Assembly (NCBI GenBank): GCA_038046345.1
Contig: JBBSWJ010000031.1
Location: 1-29,398, forward strand
Length of the DNA stretch: 29,398 bases
Reading direction: 5' to 3'
From: Nanobdellota archaeon
Lineage (GTDB): Archaea > Nanobdellota > Nanobdellia > SCGC-AAA011-G17 > JACPNG01
Part shown: one piece after another, positions 9,642 to 17,278 of the stretch
Layout of the letters: every line of letters starts with the position of its first letter
How positions within the stretch are numbered: position 1 is the first letter of the stretch
Notes under the pieces: generated by a model
Told to the model about the DNA's origin: nothing
What the model saw: only the letters and a program-made list of their open reading frames with translations
Databases searched by the model: none
Made by a program: the position numbers and the translations under genes

Positions 9642-9649
9642 TTTTATAT
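9642..9649. promoter_or_regulatory. Central TATA box shared by divergent leaderless genes
   Basis: TTTTATAT sits in the middle of a 51-bp gap, about 22 nt from ATG 9620 (-) and from ATG 9672 (+). Confidence 0.55.
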
Positions 9650-9671
9650 GTGTTTTGCATTATTTTCTAGT

Positions 9672-10319
9672 ATGCCGAAAAATATTGTGCTTTCTAGTAT
9701 TGAATCTGAAAGGTTGATTAAATTATTTGGTATTAAAGTTCCTGATGCAATGTTGGTCAAAGATTCTGTTGATGCATTACTGTTTGCTGAAAAAATAGGC
9801 TATCCATTGGTATTGAAGGTAATTTCTAAGGATATTGTCCATAAAACTGATGCAAAGGTTGTAGCTATTGATGTTAGAGACAGTAGAGAACTTTTTATGA
9901 ATTATGATCTGATTATTAAGCATGCAAAGAAGATTACTTCTGATATTGATGGGGTGCTTGTCCAGAGATTTGTTCATGGTGATGTTTCTTTGATTGTTGG
10001 CGGCAAACGTGATCCTTCTTTTGGCCCGGTAGTGCTTGTTGGTGCTGGGGGTATATTTACTGAGCTTATTGATGATTCTTCTATTCGTGCATGTCCAGTT
10101 AGTAATGCAGATGCAGTTAGTATGGTTGATGGGTTAAAAATTAGTAAAGTTTTTGATGGTTTTCGTAATATAAATTTGGATAAGAGAAGTGTTTTGAAAG
10201 TTATTTCTGGTGTTTCTCATCTAATGATGACTCATAAAGAGATTCAAGAGATTGATATTAACCCATTGATTATTAATCATGATGGCGCGTTTGCTGTTGA
10301 TGTTAGGGTTATTGTTTAG
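9672..10319 (+). CDS. ADP-forming acyl-CoA synthetase, ATP-grasp (beta) subunit
   Basis: IGYPLVLK, IVHKTD, VLVQ, GGKRDPSFGPVVLVGAGGIFTE and IDINPL..AVDVRV motifs. ATG 9672 chosen from TATA spacing. Confidence 0.88.
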   Translation: MPKNIVLSSIESERLIKLFGIKVPDAMLVKDSVDALLFAEKIGYPLVLKVISKDIVHKTDAKVVAIDVRDSRELFMNYDLIIKHAKKITSDIDGVLVQRFVHGDVSLIVGGKRDPSFGPVVLVGAGGIFTELIDDSSIRACPVSNADAVSMVDGLKISKVFDGFRNINLDKRSVLKVISGVSHLMMTHKEIQEIDINPLIINHDGAFAVDVRVIV

Positions 10320-10450
10320 TGCGGTGAGCATATTGTCTGTTTCTGTTGAAAAAGAAATTTATTGGGAACGGGCGTACGAAACGAAAAGATTTATTCTGTT
10401 TTTAGAGTTTATATTTTTTTAAAAGGGGGATAATTTTAATCTGATACTAA

Positions 10451-10975
10451 TTACTGCTCTAGAGCTGTCGCTTTAATACGATATAATTCTTCTATCTGAT
10501 TGAGTTCTCGAATGTAATAACCAACCATTTCTCCCATAAGTTGTTTGAAACATGGATTGCGAACTGCCATGCAAATAGCTCCATGCATTCTTTTAAGGGT
10601 TATTCCAAGCGGGTTATCTACCGAAGCCCCGCCAGTATAATCTCTTTCTCTACCATCAAGTTCAAGGATTAAAGCTCGTTCTTTAGGATTAAGTGCTATT
10701 AATTCAGCCATAGTTTTAGGATCACCTTTATTTGGATTTTCAAACAAATCTGTATTTGCCCCACGAAGCAACGGACCTAGTCCTATATCATACTCTTGGC
10801 TAGTATAATCTTTTTCACGCCTATCAAGCTCGTCATAAACTAAATCTAAACCCTTCTTAGAAGCAGTATGTTCTCTAGTTCCTGCATCATATACTCGCGC
10901 AGTTAATTCAAGTTTAACTGTACCCCAAACAAGAGTTCCTAGTCTAGCACTTGTTACTGTTGTTCTCAAGTTCAT
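10451..10975 (-). CDS. Hypothetical protein (paralog of the upstream gene)
   Basis: 174-aa ORF whose ATG is 1 nt after the upstream stop; no family recognised. Confidence 0.7.
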   Translation of the reverse strand: MNLRTTVTSARLGTLVWGTVKLELTARVYDAGTREHTASKKGLDLVYDELDRREKDYTSQEYDIGLGPLLRGANTDLFENPNKGDPKTMAELIALNPKERALILELDGRERDYTGGASVDNPLGITLKRMHGAICMAVRNPCFKQLMGEMVGYYIRELNQIEELYRIKATALEQ

Positions 10976-10976
10976 T

Positions 10977-11417
10977 TTATTTCTTTCCTTGTTGCGTATC
11001 TATTGCATCAAGAAGATACATTTGAGCAACACGAGAATGGTGATATTCTATTAAATCTTTAAAAACAGCACTTTCATCAGTTGCATCAGGCGTATCAGCT
11101 GATCTTTCTCTATAATCACCATTACAAAATAAAACTCCTGCTTTAAAACTGACCGGATTATTCATTGTTTGTCGTTGAACTGCCAAGAGTAAAGCTTGTT
11201 GTTGATACATACCCATTGCTGAATACATTTCAGCCAAATTACTATCTCTTTCCACTAGATCACATAATTCTTGTGGAAGAGGTTCATCTCCATAACCAAG
11301 TCCTATTTGTACTCCATGAAAATCTTTAGGATTAAAATCAAGTTCTTTGAAAATATTTTTCCCATCTTGATCTTTTGTTGCTTGTAATTTAAGATAAACT
11401 CCATCATTTGAAACCAT
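10977..11417 (-). CDS. Hypothetical protein; probably the 3' part of a frameshifted gene starting at 11617
   Basis: 146-aa ORF. The frame stays open for 47 more codons upstream (to 11558) without a start codon; a promoter-linked ATG in another frame lies at 11617. Confidence 0.65.
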   Translation of the reverse strand: MVSNDGVYLKLQATKDQDGKNIFKELDFNPKDFHGVQIGLGYGDEPLPQELCDLVERDSNLAEMYSAMGMYQQQALLLAVQRQTMNNPVSFKAGVLFCNGDYRERSADTPDATDESAVFKDLIEYHHSRVAQMYLLDAIDTQQGKK

Positions 11418-11638
11418 TGGAGCAAAGTATGTATTCCCTCCTCGCCAGCTTGTTCCCGCGCTAAGTATTCTATCGTTTGAAACAGGATGCCATAGTCTTC
11501 TCGTGGTACCTCTTGTAACTTCAGTTATAACGTTAACTCTAAATTTATCATATTCACTTCAACAACGTTATTAGATGGACGATACAATAGGTATGCAGTG
11601 ATGGTTTGATTTGACATCTTGATAAGAAAATAGCCTAA

Positions 11639-11646
11639 TTTATAAA
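11639..11646 (-). promoter_or_regulatory. BRE-TATA promoter
   Basis: GAAAGG-TTTATAAA on the minus strand, 22 nt upstream of ATG 11617. Confidence 0.6.
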
Positions 11647-11804
11647 CCTTTCTATTTATTTGTTACTTCTAAGTGGTTCTACACAATTAAAATTGTCCCA
11701 TTAAATTTTGTTCTTTATTGCTCACTTTATTCGCAGGATTAAACTACTCAGCCCACGGCTCATTGTTTAGTTAATTTTAAAAATAGTATTCTCACAAGTA
11801 TTTT

Positions 11805-12863
11805 ATGAAGGTTTTTATTAAAACATATGGTTGTCAGGCTAACATTGCTGATTCCGAGCAAATTGCAGGAACTCTTTCTTTAAACGGGCATGTTGTTGTT
11901 GATTCTGAAAAAGAGTCAGATGTTGTTGTGGTTAATTCTTGCTCGGTTAAGAACGCTACTCAATCCAAGGTATTGCAGTATATTAAATCTCGAGATAAAA
12001 AAGTTTTTGTAGGCGGTTGCTTAACTAAAACAATAAATATTAAAAAGTTAATTCCAAATGTTACTGCTGTTTTTGATACAAATTCTATCTCAAGTATTAA
12101 CAATGTTATAGAAAATGAAGCTGATGTTTTCTCAAATCTAAAAGAAAATAGAATTTTAACTAATGTTATCAGAGCAGACCGTAATACAGGGGTTATTGCT
12201 ATAGGCGAAGGATGTTTAAACAAATGTACATTTTGTGCTACTAAATTATCCCGCGGTAGTCTAAGATCATACCGTGTAGGTGATATAAAACGTGCAGTAA
12301 AAAAAGCAGTTAATGATGGGTGTAAGATCATTTACTTAACCTCTCAAGATAATGGATGTTACGGATTTGATATTAAAACTTCCCTTCCAGAACTTCTTAA
12401 TGAGATTATATCAATTGATGGGGATTTTGAAGTTCGTGTTGGTATGATGAATCCATGGCATGTTGAAAAAATACTTTCCGATTTGGTGAATGTATACAAA
12501 TCTTCTAAGATAAAAAAATTTATTCATATCCCGGTACAGTCAGGTTCAGAAAAAGTTTTGCTGGATATGAAGCGGGTTCATACAGTTGACACTTTCAAGA
12601 AAATAGCTAGAACATTTCGTATCTCTTTTCCGGATATTACTATAGCTACTGATGTAATTGTTGGATATCCAACTGAATCAGAGAAAGATTTTAGATTAAC
12701 TTTTAATTTGATTAATGAGATTAAACCAGAAGTTCTTAATATATCCATGTTCTCTTCTCGTAATAATACAAGCGCGTCTGAATTAACGCAGTTACCATCT
12801 CAAATAATCAAAGAACGGTCTAAGAGAATAACTCAATTGTTTAATTCTTACAGGCTAGCCTAA
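11805..12863 (+). CDS. MiaB-like tRNA methylthiotransferase (archaeal MtaB/CDKAL1 type), apparently without a TRAM domain
   Basis: KTYGCQAN, NSCSVK and GGCL (UPF0004 cysteines); GCLNKCTFC; SQDNGCYG; HIPVQSGS; TDVIVGYPTE. Confidence 0.9.
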   Translation: MKVFIKTYGCQANIADSEQIAGTLSLNGHVVVDSEKESDVVVVNSCSVKNATQSKVLQYIKSRDKKVFVGGCLTKTINIKKLIPNVTAVFDTNSISSINNVIENEADVFSNLKENRILTNVIRADRNTGVIAIGEGCLNKCTFCATKLSRGSLRSYRVGDIKRAVKKAVNDGCKIIYLTSQDNGCYGFDIKTSLPELLNEIISIDGDFEVRVGMMNPWHVEKILSDLVNVYKSSKIKKFIHIPVQSGSEKVLLDMKRVHTVDTFKKIARTFRISFPDITIATDVIVGYPTESEKDFRLTFNLINEIKPEVLNISMFSSRNNTSASELTQLPSQIIKERSKRITQLFNSYRLA

Positions 12864-13907
12864 CTGCTCTATCTGAGTTAGCCATTCCTTCTTTAATACA
12901 TTTAAGAAATCATCAAACTGATTTATGGGTATAAACGCCCCGCATGCATGTGGATGTCCGCCGCCAGTTCCGGTAGTTCCTTCTAGTGATTTATGTAATG
13001 CTGGCAGTATGTCCCCTTTAGTTGCTCTTAAGCTGATTATATAGTTGCCGTCTTTCTCTCTTGCCGCTATTACCATCTTGTCTGGGAATTTATAATGTAG
13101 CTCTTCTGATATCATTGCAGTTACTGCGTATTCCCCGGTTAGTTTATATTTAAATATGATAAACTCGCCTGGTTTTTTTGTTTCTTTTAGTGCTTGTTTC
13201 AGGAGTATTTGGTATTCATTTTGTACATTATGATATTTTTCAATTATATTTTTATACTTATCTTCTTCATTAATCAGTTCGTATGGTGATTGTATACTTT
13301 CAAGTAAGGCTATATCTTTATGCAGGTTTTGTGTTTCTCCTTTGAATATTGCATTAAATATTTTATCTAATTTTCCAAATTGCATGCTAAACCGTATATC
13401 TCCAGGATCATCAGTTTTTTTGATAAGATCTGGAAATTCTTTTACAAGTTTGTCCATGAATGGTGGAATTTTCCAGTCAGATATGATACCGACTCCGGCT
13501 ATCCACATGTCTTGTTTCACAATATTCCAGCAGCATTCTGTTGTTGGAGTGTACTCTTCTGAACCAAACACTTTTGGATTGTAATAATAGATCTCTCCAG
13601 TTCTTTTCTGTTTTTCATGATGATCGATCCATACAATTGGTAATTTGGTAGCGTCTATGAATTCCTGCAATAATCTTGAGGTGTCTAATATCACAATTAT
13701 ATCTGGATTAAACCTTTGAACAAATTGCATATATCCTACGCCTATTTCTGGTGATACTCTTGCTACTACACAAGTACCGCGTTTTAAGTATCTTTTTAGT
13801 AGCAGGTAGGCACATAATCCGTCTGTATCATCATCTATTATGTATAGCGGATTTTTTGATTTTTCTAATACTTCTTTAATCTTCTTAATGATCTCAGATT
13901 CATTCAT
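12855..13907 (-). CDS. DHH/DHHA1 family phosphoesterase (RecJ/GAN or nanoRNase-like)
   Basis: DDDTDG, ILDT, IDHH, IISD and C-terminal GGGHPHACG motifs. Confidence 0.88.
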   Translation of the reverse strand: MNESEIIKKIKEVLEKSKNPLYIIDDDTDGLCAYLLLKRYLKRGTCVVARVSPEIGVGYMQFVQRFNPDIIVILDTSRLLQEFIDATKLPIVWIDHHEKQKRTGEIYYYNPKVFGSEEYTPTTECCWNIVKQDMWIAGVGIISDWKIPPFMDKLVKEFPDLIKKTDDPGDIRFSMQFGKLDKIFNAIFKGETQNLHKDIALLESIQSPYELINEEDKYKNIIEKYHNVQNEYQILLKQALKETKKPGEFIIFKYKLTGEYAVTAMISEELHYKFPDKMVIAAREKDGNYIISLRATKGDILPALHKSLEGTTGTGGGHPHACGAFIPINQFDDFLNVLKKEWLTQIEQLG

Positions 13908-13918
13908 GATCCTAAAGT

Positions 13919-15694
13919 TTAGAATTCCTTTAAAATCTTTTCTATCTGTTCACTAGGCCATCCCTTGCTTTGAAGGTCGTTACTAATCCTTTTCTTGCTC
14001 CTTCCTCTCTTTATTGCCATATGAATGTAGTTTCTTGCTATTGCTGTTCCTGTTCTAGATGATTTTTCTTCTTCTTTTTGTGCTTCTTGATGTGGTTCTT
14101 TTTTTCTTCTAAAGAAATCATCAATATCAGCTATTGGGTTTTCTTTACCAGTAAATAATATTCCGCTTTTTTTAGGTTTGAAACTTCTAACTGGTTCTTT
14201 GTCAAGCCGCTCAAAGTTTAGTTTTAATCTTTTATAGTACCATAAACTAAATATAACAAGCCCGATAGTTACCAATGCGATGACCAAGATTAAAACAATG
14301 TCCTTCCATTTGCTATTCTTTTCTTGAGCTATGCAAACTGCGTTAATACATGATTCACCTTCTGAACATCCTGCGTCTTCTGCGCACGTGTTACAGTTTT
14401 CTCCAGATTCTATGAATCCATTTCCGCAAACGCCGGGTGTTTCTGTTTTTACTACTTCAACAGTCCATCCAGTTGTCAGCGTGTTGGTTCCATCAGATAC
14501 TTTTGCAATTACTGAGTGAGTTTTTTCTTCAGTGAATTCATATTCTATAGAACTTCTTGTTATTCCGTTATCTACTGTCTGGCTTGAGGTTTGTTCTTCA
14601 TCATTAACTTTCCACACAACTGATACTGCATCATCATCGCTTATTTCTATGCTGAACTTCTTTTTTTCTCCGGGCTGAACTGTAATACTTGTTTCACTTG
14701 GTTCTGTTGAACCTATAGTTGGTTCTTTATTTTCTTTGGTGTCAGTAACTACTGGTTGTGTTTCAGTAGCTGCAGCTGCTAATATAACTTTAAATTCTCT
14801 GCTGGATACTGTTAGCACACCATCGCTTGCAGTTACGGTTGAAGTAAAACTTCCGGTAAAATCGCTATTTGGTTTGATTATTAGTTCTTCATTTTCAATT
14901 TCTATTGTGGCTGAGGTTATTTCTGATATCGTGTAGTTTAGCTTTGTTCCTTCTATGTCTGTAAAATAATTATTAAGCGCGATATTTATGGTACTACCCT
15001 GTGTTTTGTTTATGTCTTCTATATCTTTTAATAAATATGGAGCGTCATTTACTGCTGTTACATTTAGCAGTATTGGGTATGTAGTATTTGTATGTAAACC
15101 ATCTGTGAATGTTATTTCCATTGTTTCTATTCCAGAATAATTTGCGCTTGGTGTAACGGTTAGTACATTTTCTGTGCTGATACTGATTTTATTATTGCTT
15201 GGTTCTGAAACGCTGTAAGTAATTGTTCTAGCTTCATCGTCTTTTATATAATCATCAAGGTCTAAAGAAGTGCTGATAGTATCTTCTTGAAATGTCAGGT
15301 TAGGTAATGCTGTATGCCATGGGCTTAGTAGATTTAAATTAAAGATTATTTCTTTTTCAATTAATTCACCAGAGTAATTTGTTACAACTGCTTTTAATCC
15401 TGCGTCTTTGCTTTCACTTTCTCCGGTAAAATCATAGTATAATGTGTAATGTGTTAGGTTTGTTGTGGTGTTAGTTGTTAGTGATAAGTATGTAGCTGAG
15501 GCAGTATTCTTGTAGAATAGCTCAACTTGTGTTGCGTTTGCGTATATATCTACGGATTTGTCTAATGTTACTTCTACATAGCTTCCATTAAACTGTGCTC
15601 CTTCAGTTGGGTTTGTAAAGCTTATATCTAATGCAGAAGCCATACTAATCAATATCAATGTGCATAGAAATACTAATATGCTTTTTTTCATCAT
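13919..15694 (-). CDS. Membrane-anchored surface protein with cadherin/Ig-like domains, a Cys-rich module, a TM helix and a cytoplasmic tail
   Basis: Signal peptide; LNVTAVNDAP cadherin-like linker; CGNGFIESGENCNTCAEDAGC module; hydrophobic IVLILVIALVTIGLVIFSLWYY followed by a basic tail. Confidence 0.75.
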   Translation of the reverse strand: MMKKSILVFLCTLILISMASALDISFTNPTEGAQFNGSYVEVTLDKSVDIYANATQVELFYKNTASATYLSLTTNTTTNLTHYTLYYDFTGESESKDAGLKAVVTNYSGELIEKEIIFNLNLLSPWHTALPNLTFQEDTISTSLDLDDYIKDDEARTITYSVSEPSNNKISISTENVLTVTPSANYSGIETMEITFTDGLHTNTTYPILLNVTAVNDAPYLLKDIEDINKTQGSTINIALNNYFTDIEGTKLNYTISEITSATIEIENEELIIKPNSDFTGSFTSTVTASDGVLTVSSREFKVILAAAATETQPVVTDTKENKEPTIGSTEPSETSITVQPGEKKKFSIEISDDDAVSVVWKVNDEEQTSSQTVDNGITRSSIEYEFTEEKTHSVIAKVSDGTNTLTTGWTVEVVKTETPGVCGNGFIESGENCNTCAEDAGCSEGESCINAVCIAQEKNSKWKDIVLILVIALVTIGLVIFSLWYYKRLKLNFERLDKEPVRSFKPKKSGILFTGKENPIADIDDFFRRKKEPHQEAQKEEEKSSRTGTAIARNYIHMAIKRGRSKKRISNDLQSKGWPSEQIEKILKEF

Positions 15695-15753
15695 TCACAT
15701 CTCTCTTTTATTTAAGCTATAGAAGGTTTTTATTTAAATAGCTTTTGGATACT

Positions 15754-15887
15754 GCGGGGTTGGTGCGAATAGGATTAAGCAAGCAAAACCTATAGCACAA
15801 CAACACCTAACTAATGAAGAGGGGGCGTTCCGCCATGCTTTTCTAAGAAAAAATTCTAGTCAGACTTTTAATTTGCGCTAACCCAGC
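15754..15887 (+). ncRNA. Candidate structured non-coding RNA (unassigned)
   Basis: 15754-15770 pairs with 15871-15887 at 16 of 17 positions, including 3 G.U wobbles that only work on the + strand. Internal hairpins are present and a TATA-like element lies upstream. Confidence 0.4.
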
Positions 15888-15903
15888 CGAAACCAAAAAT
15901 TAT

Positions 15904-15951
15904 TTAAACATATGTTTAATAAAATAAACATATGTTCAAAGAATTAAACAT
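15904..15951. promoter_or_regulatory. Phased palindromic operator array
   Basis: Perfect 16-bp palindrome TTAAACATATGTTTAA (15904-15919), a second copy with core AACATATGTT (15927-15936) over the start codon, and a third half-site TTAAACAT (15944-15951). The period is 20 bp. Confidence 0.65.
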
Positions 15952-16456
15952 TTTAGAGCGATTTATGGAAGAGCCAGTAAGGGAGTTTAATGTAAGGGAA
16001 TTAGCAAGAATTATTAATAAAGCGCCAGCAACAGTAAGTAAAAAGCTTCAACAGTTCGCAAAAAAAGGGATACTTCTTGAAAGAGAAGAAAGAAGGTTAA
16101 AGTTGTATAAAGCTAACCAGGAAAGTGAGTTATACAGGGACATAAAATTATTTGCAACACTTAGGGCTATTAAAGATTCTGGGCTTATCATGGCATTAAA
16201 TAAGTTCTATCTAAAACCAACAATTATCCTTTTTGGATCAGCAGCAAAAGGCATGGATACAGAGGTAAGTGATATTGATATACTTATTATCTCAGAAAAA
16301 ATAGCTAAAATAAATAATATCGGTGTATATGAAAAAAAGCTCAAAAGAACAATACAAGTGTTTACGGTGAAAGATATAAAAGGCCTTAAAAACAAACACC
16401 TCATAAATAATGTCCTTAACGGAATATCAATACAGGGGTGTATACAATGGACTTGA
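15932..16456 (+). CDS. Winged-HTH + minimal nucleotidyltransferase (MNT) fusion, putative antitoxin
   Basis: N-terminal wHTH (NVRELARIINKAPATVSKKL) and the MNT catalytic motif LFGSAAKG-x5-SDIDILII. Confidence 0.9.
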   Translation: MFKELNILERFMEEPVREFNVRELARIINKAPATVSKKLQQFAKKGILLEREERRLKLYKANQESELYRDIKLFATLRAIKDSGLIMALNKFYLKPTIILFGSAAKGMDTEVSDIDILIISEKIAKINNIGVYEKKLKRTIQVFTVKDIKGLKNKHLINNVLNGISIQGCIQWT

Positions 16457-16863
16457 ATGAATGTTTCAGAAAAGGGCTTATTAAAAAAACAACAAAAGAT
16501 TCTGGGCTTATTAAATCATTAAAAGAAATGGCTGATAACAAGGAAATGACTATAAAACGTGCAACATTAGATAATATAAGCATTTCAACCTATGTTTCAA
16601 TAGCATACGACTCGCTTAGAGAAATACTAGAGGGGATTTGCATATTACATGAGTATAAAACAATATCACATGTATGCATAGGAGAGCTCTTAAGAGACAT
16701 GCTTAAAGAATTTAATTTTGAAGAATTTGACAGAATAAGATGGATACGAAATGGAATTAACTATTACGGAGAGCAAGTAGAACTTGAACAAGGAAAAGAT
16801 CTCATTAAAAAAATATTTAAAATGAAACAAGAAATGAGCAAAAAACTAAGAGACATAAAATAA
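16447..16863 (+). CDS. HEPN-domain protein, partner of the MNT
   Basis: Overlaps the MNT stop; all-helical; SIAYDSLREILE, TISH and RWIRNGINYYG (Rx4Y variant). Confidence 0.75.
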   Translation: MDLNECFRKGLIKKTTKDSGLIKSLKEMADNKEMTIKRATLDNISISTYVSIAYDSLREILEGICILHEYKTISHVCIGELLRDMLKEFNFEEFDRIRWIRNGINYYGEQVELEQGKDLIKKIFKMKQEMSKKLRDIK

Positions 16864-17011
16864 AAAGCAAAGTTCTAGTGTTTATAGTGCGTATAAAAGT
16901 ACTCAATCTACTAGTCATTATCATTTCAAGCTTAATAGCTGATGAGCCTAAGAACTTTCTCAGAACTGTTTAAATCAATACTTTTTTAAAGAAGCGAGGT
17001 TATTCAATAAA

Positions 17012-17278
17012 ATGTTAAGCAACCCTTCATGGATTAAGATCCTCATTGCTGTTATTTCTGTTGTTATCGTGCTTACATTTTTTTATATTAATATCCATAA
17101 TAGGAGAAAGAAACAGTTGCGTGGTATTCACAATAATCTATTATTTTTATTATTATTCCCATTCGTGGTTGTTGGGGTGCTTGTCTTTGCTTCTACTTTT
17201 GTAGCTTTATTTATTGGATTTTTAGTTTTTATAGTTTTAATTTGGCTGATAACCAGTATGCTTGGAAAGAGATATTAG
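17012..17278 (+). CDS. Small membrane protein (2-3 TM helices)
   Basis: 88 aa; hydrophobic segments separated by a basic loop (NRRKKQLRG). Confidence 0.55.
   Translation: MLSNPSWIKILIAVISVVIVLTFFYINIHNRRKKQLRGIHNNLLFLLLFPFVVVGVLVFASTFVALFIGFLVFIVLIWLITSMLGKRY

Noticed and set aside
11660-11800. Small hairpins (ACAATT-AA-AATTGT; AGCC-CAC-GGCT flanked by TAAAC/GTTTA)
   Set aside because: Stems of 4-6 bp in AT-rich DNA are expected by chance, and there is no larger consistent fold.
15754-15887. Assigning the structured element to 5S rRNA, SRP RNA, RNase P RNA or an attC site
   Set aside because: It lacks the 5S loop C CCGAAC, the SRP helix-8 motif and RNase P GAGGAAAGUCC. The GTT...AAC order is the reverse of attC.
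16869-16958. Hammerhead core CTGATGAG (16939-16946) and a ~90-nt fold-back (AAAGTTCTAG/CTAAGAACTTT) downstream of HEPN
   Set aside because: No GAAA follows a stem II (the sequence is CTCAGAAC). The pairing is AT-rich and plausible by chance; it is worth revisiting only if homologous loci covary.
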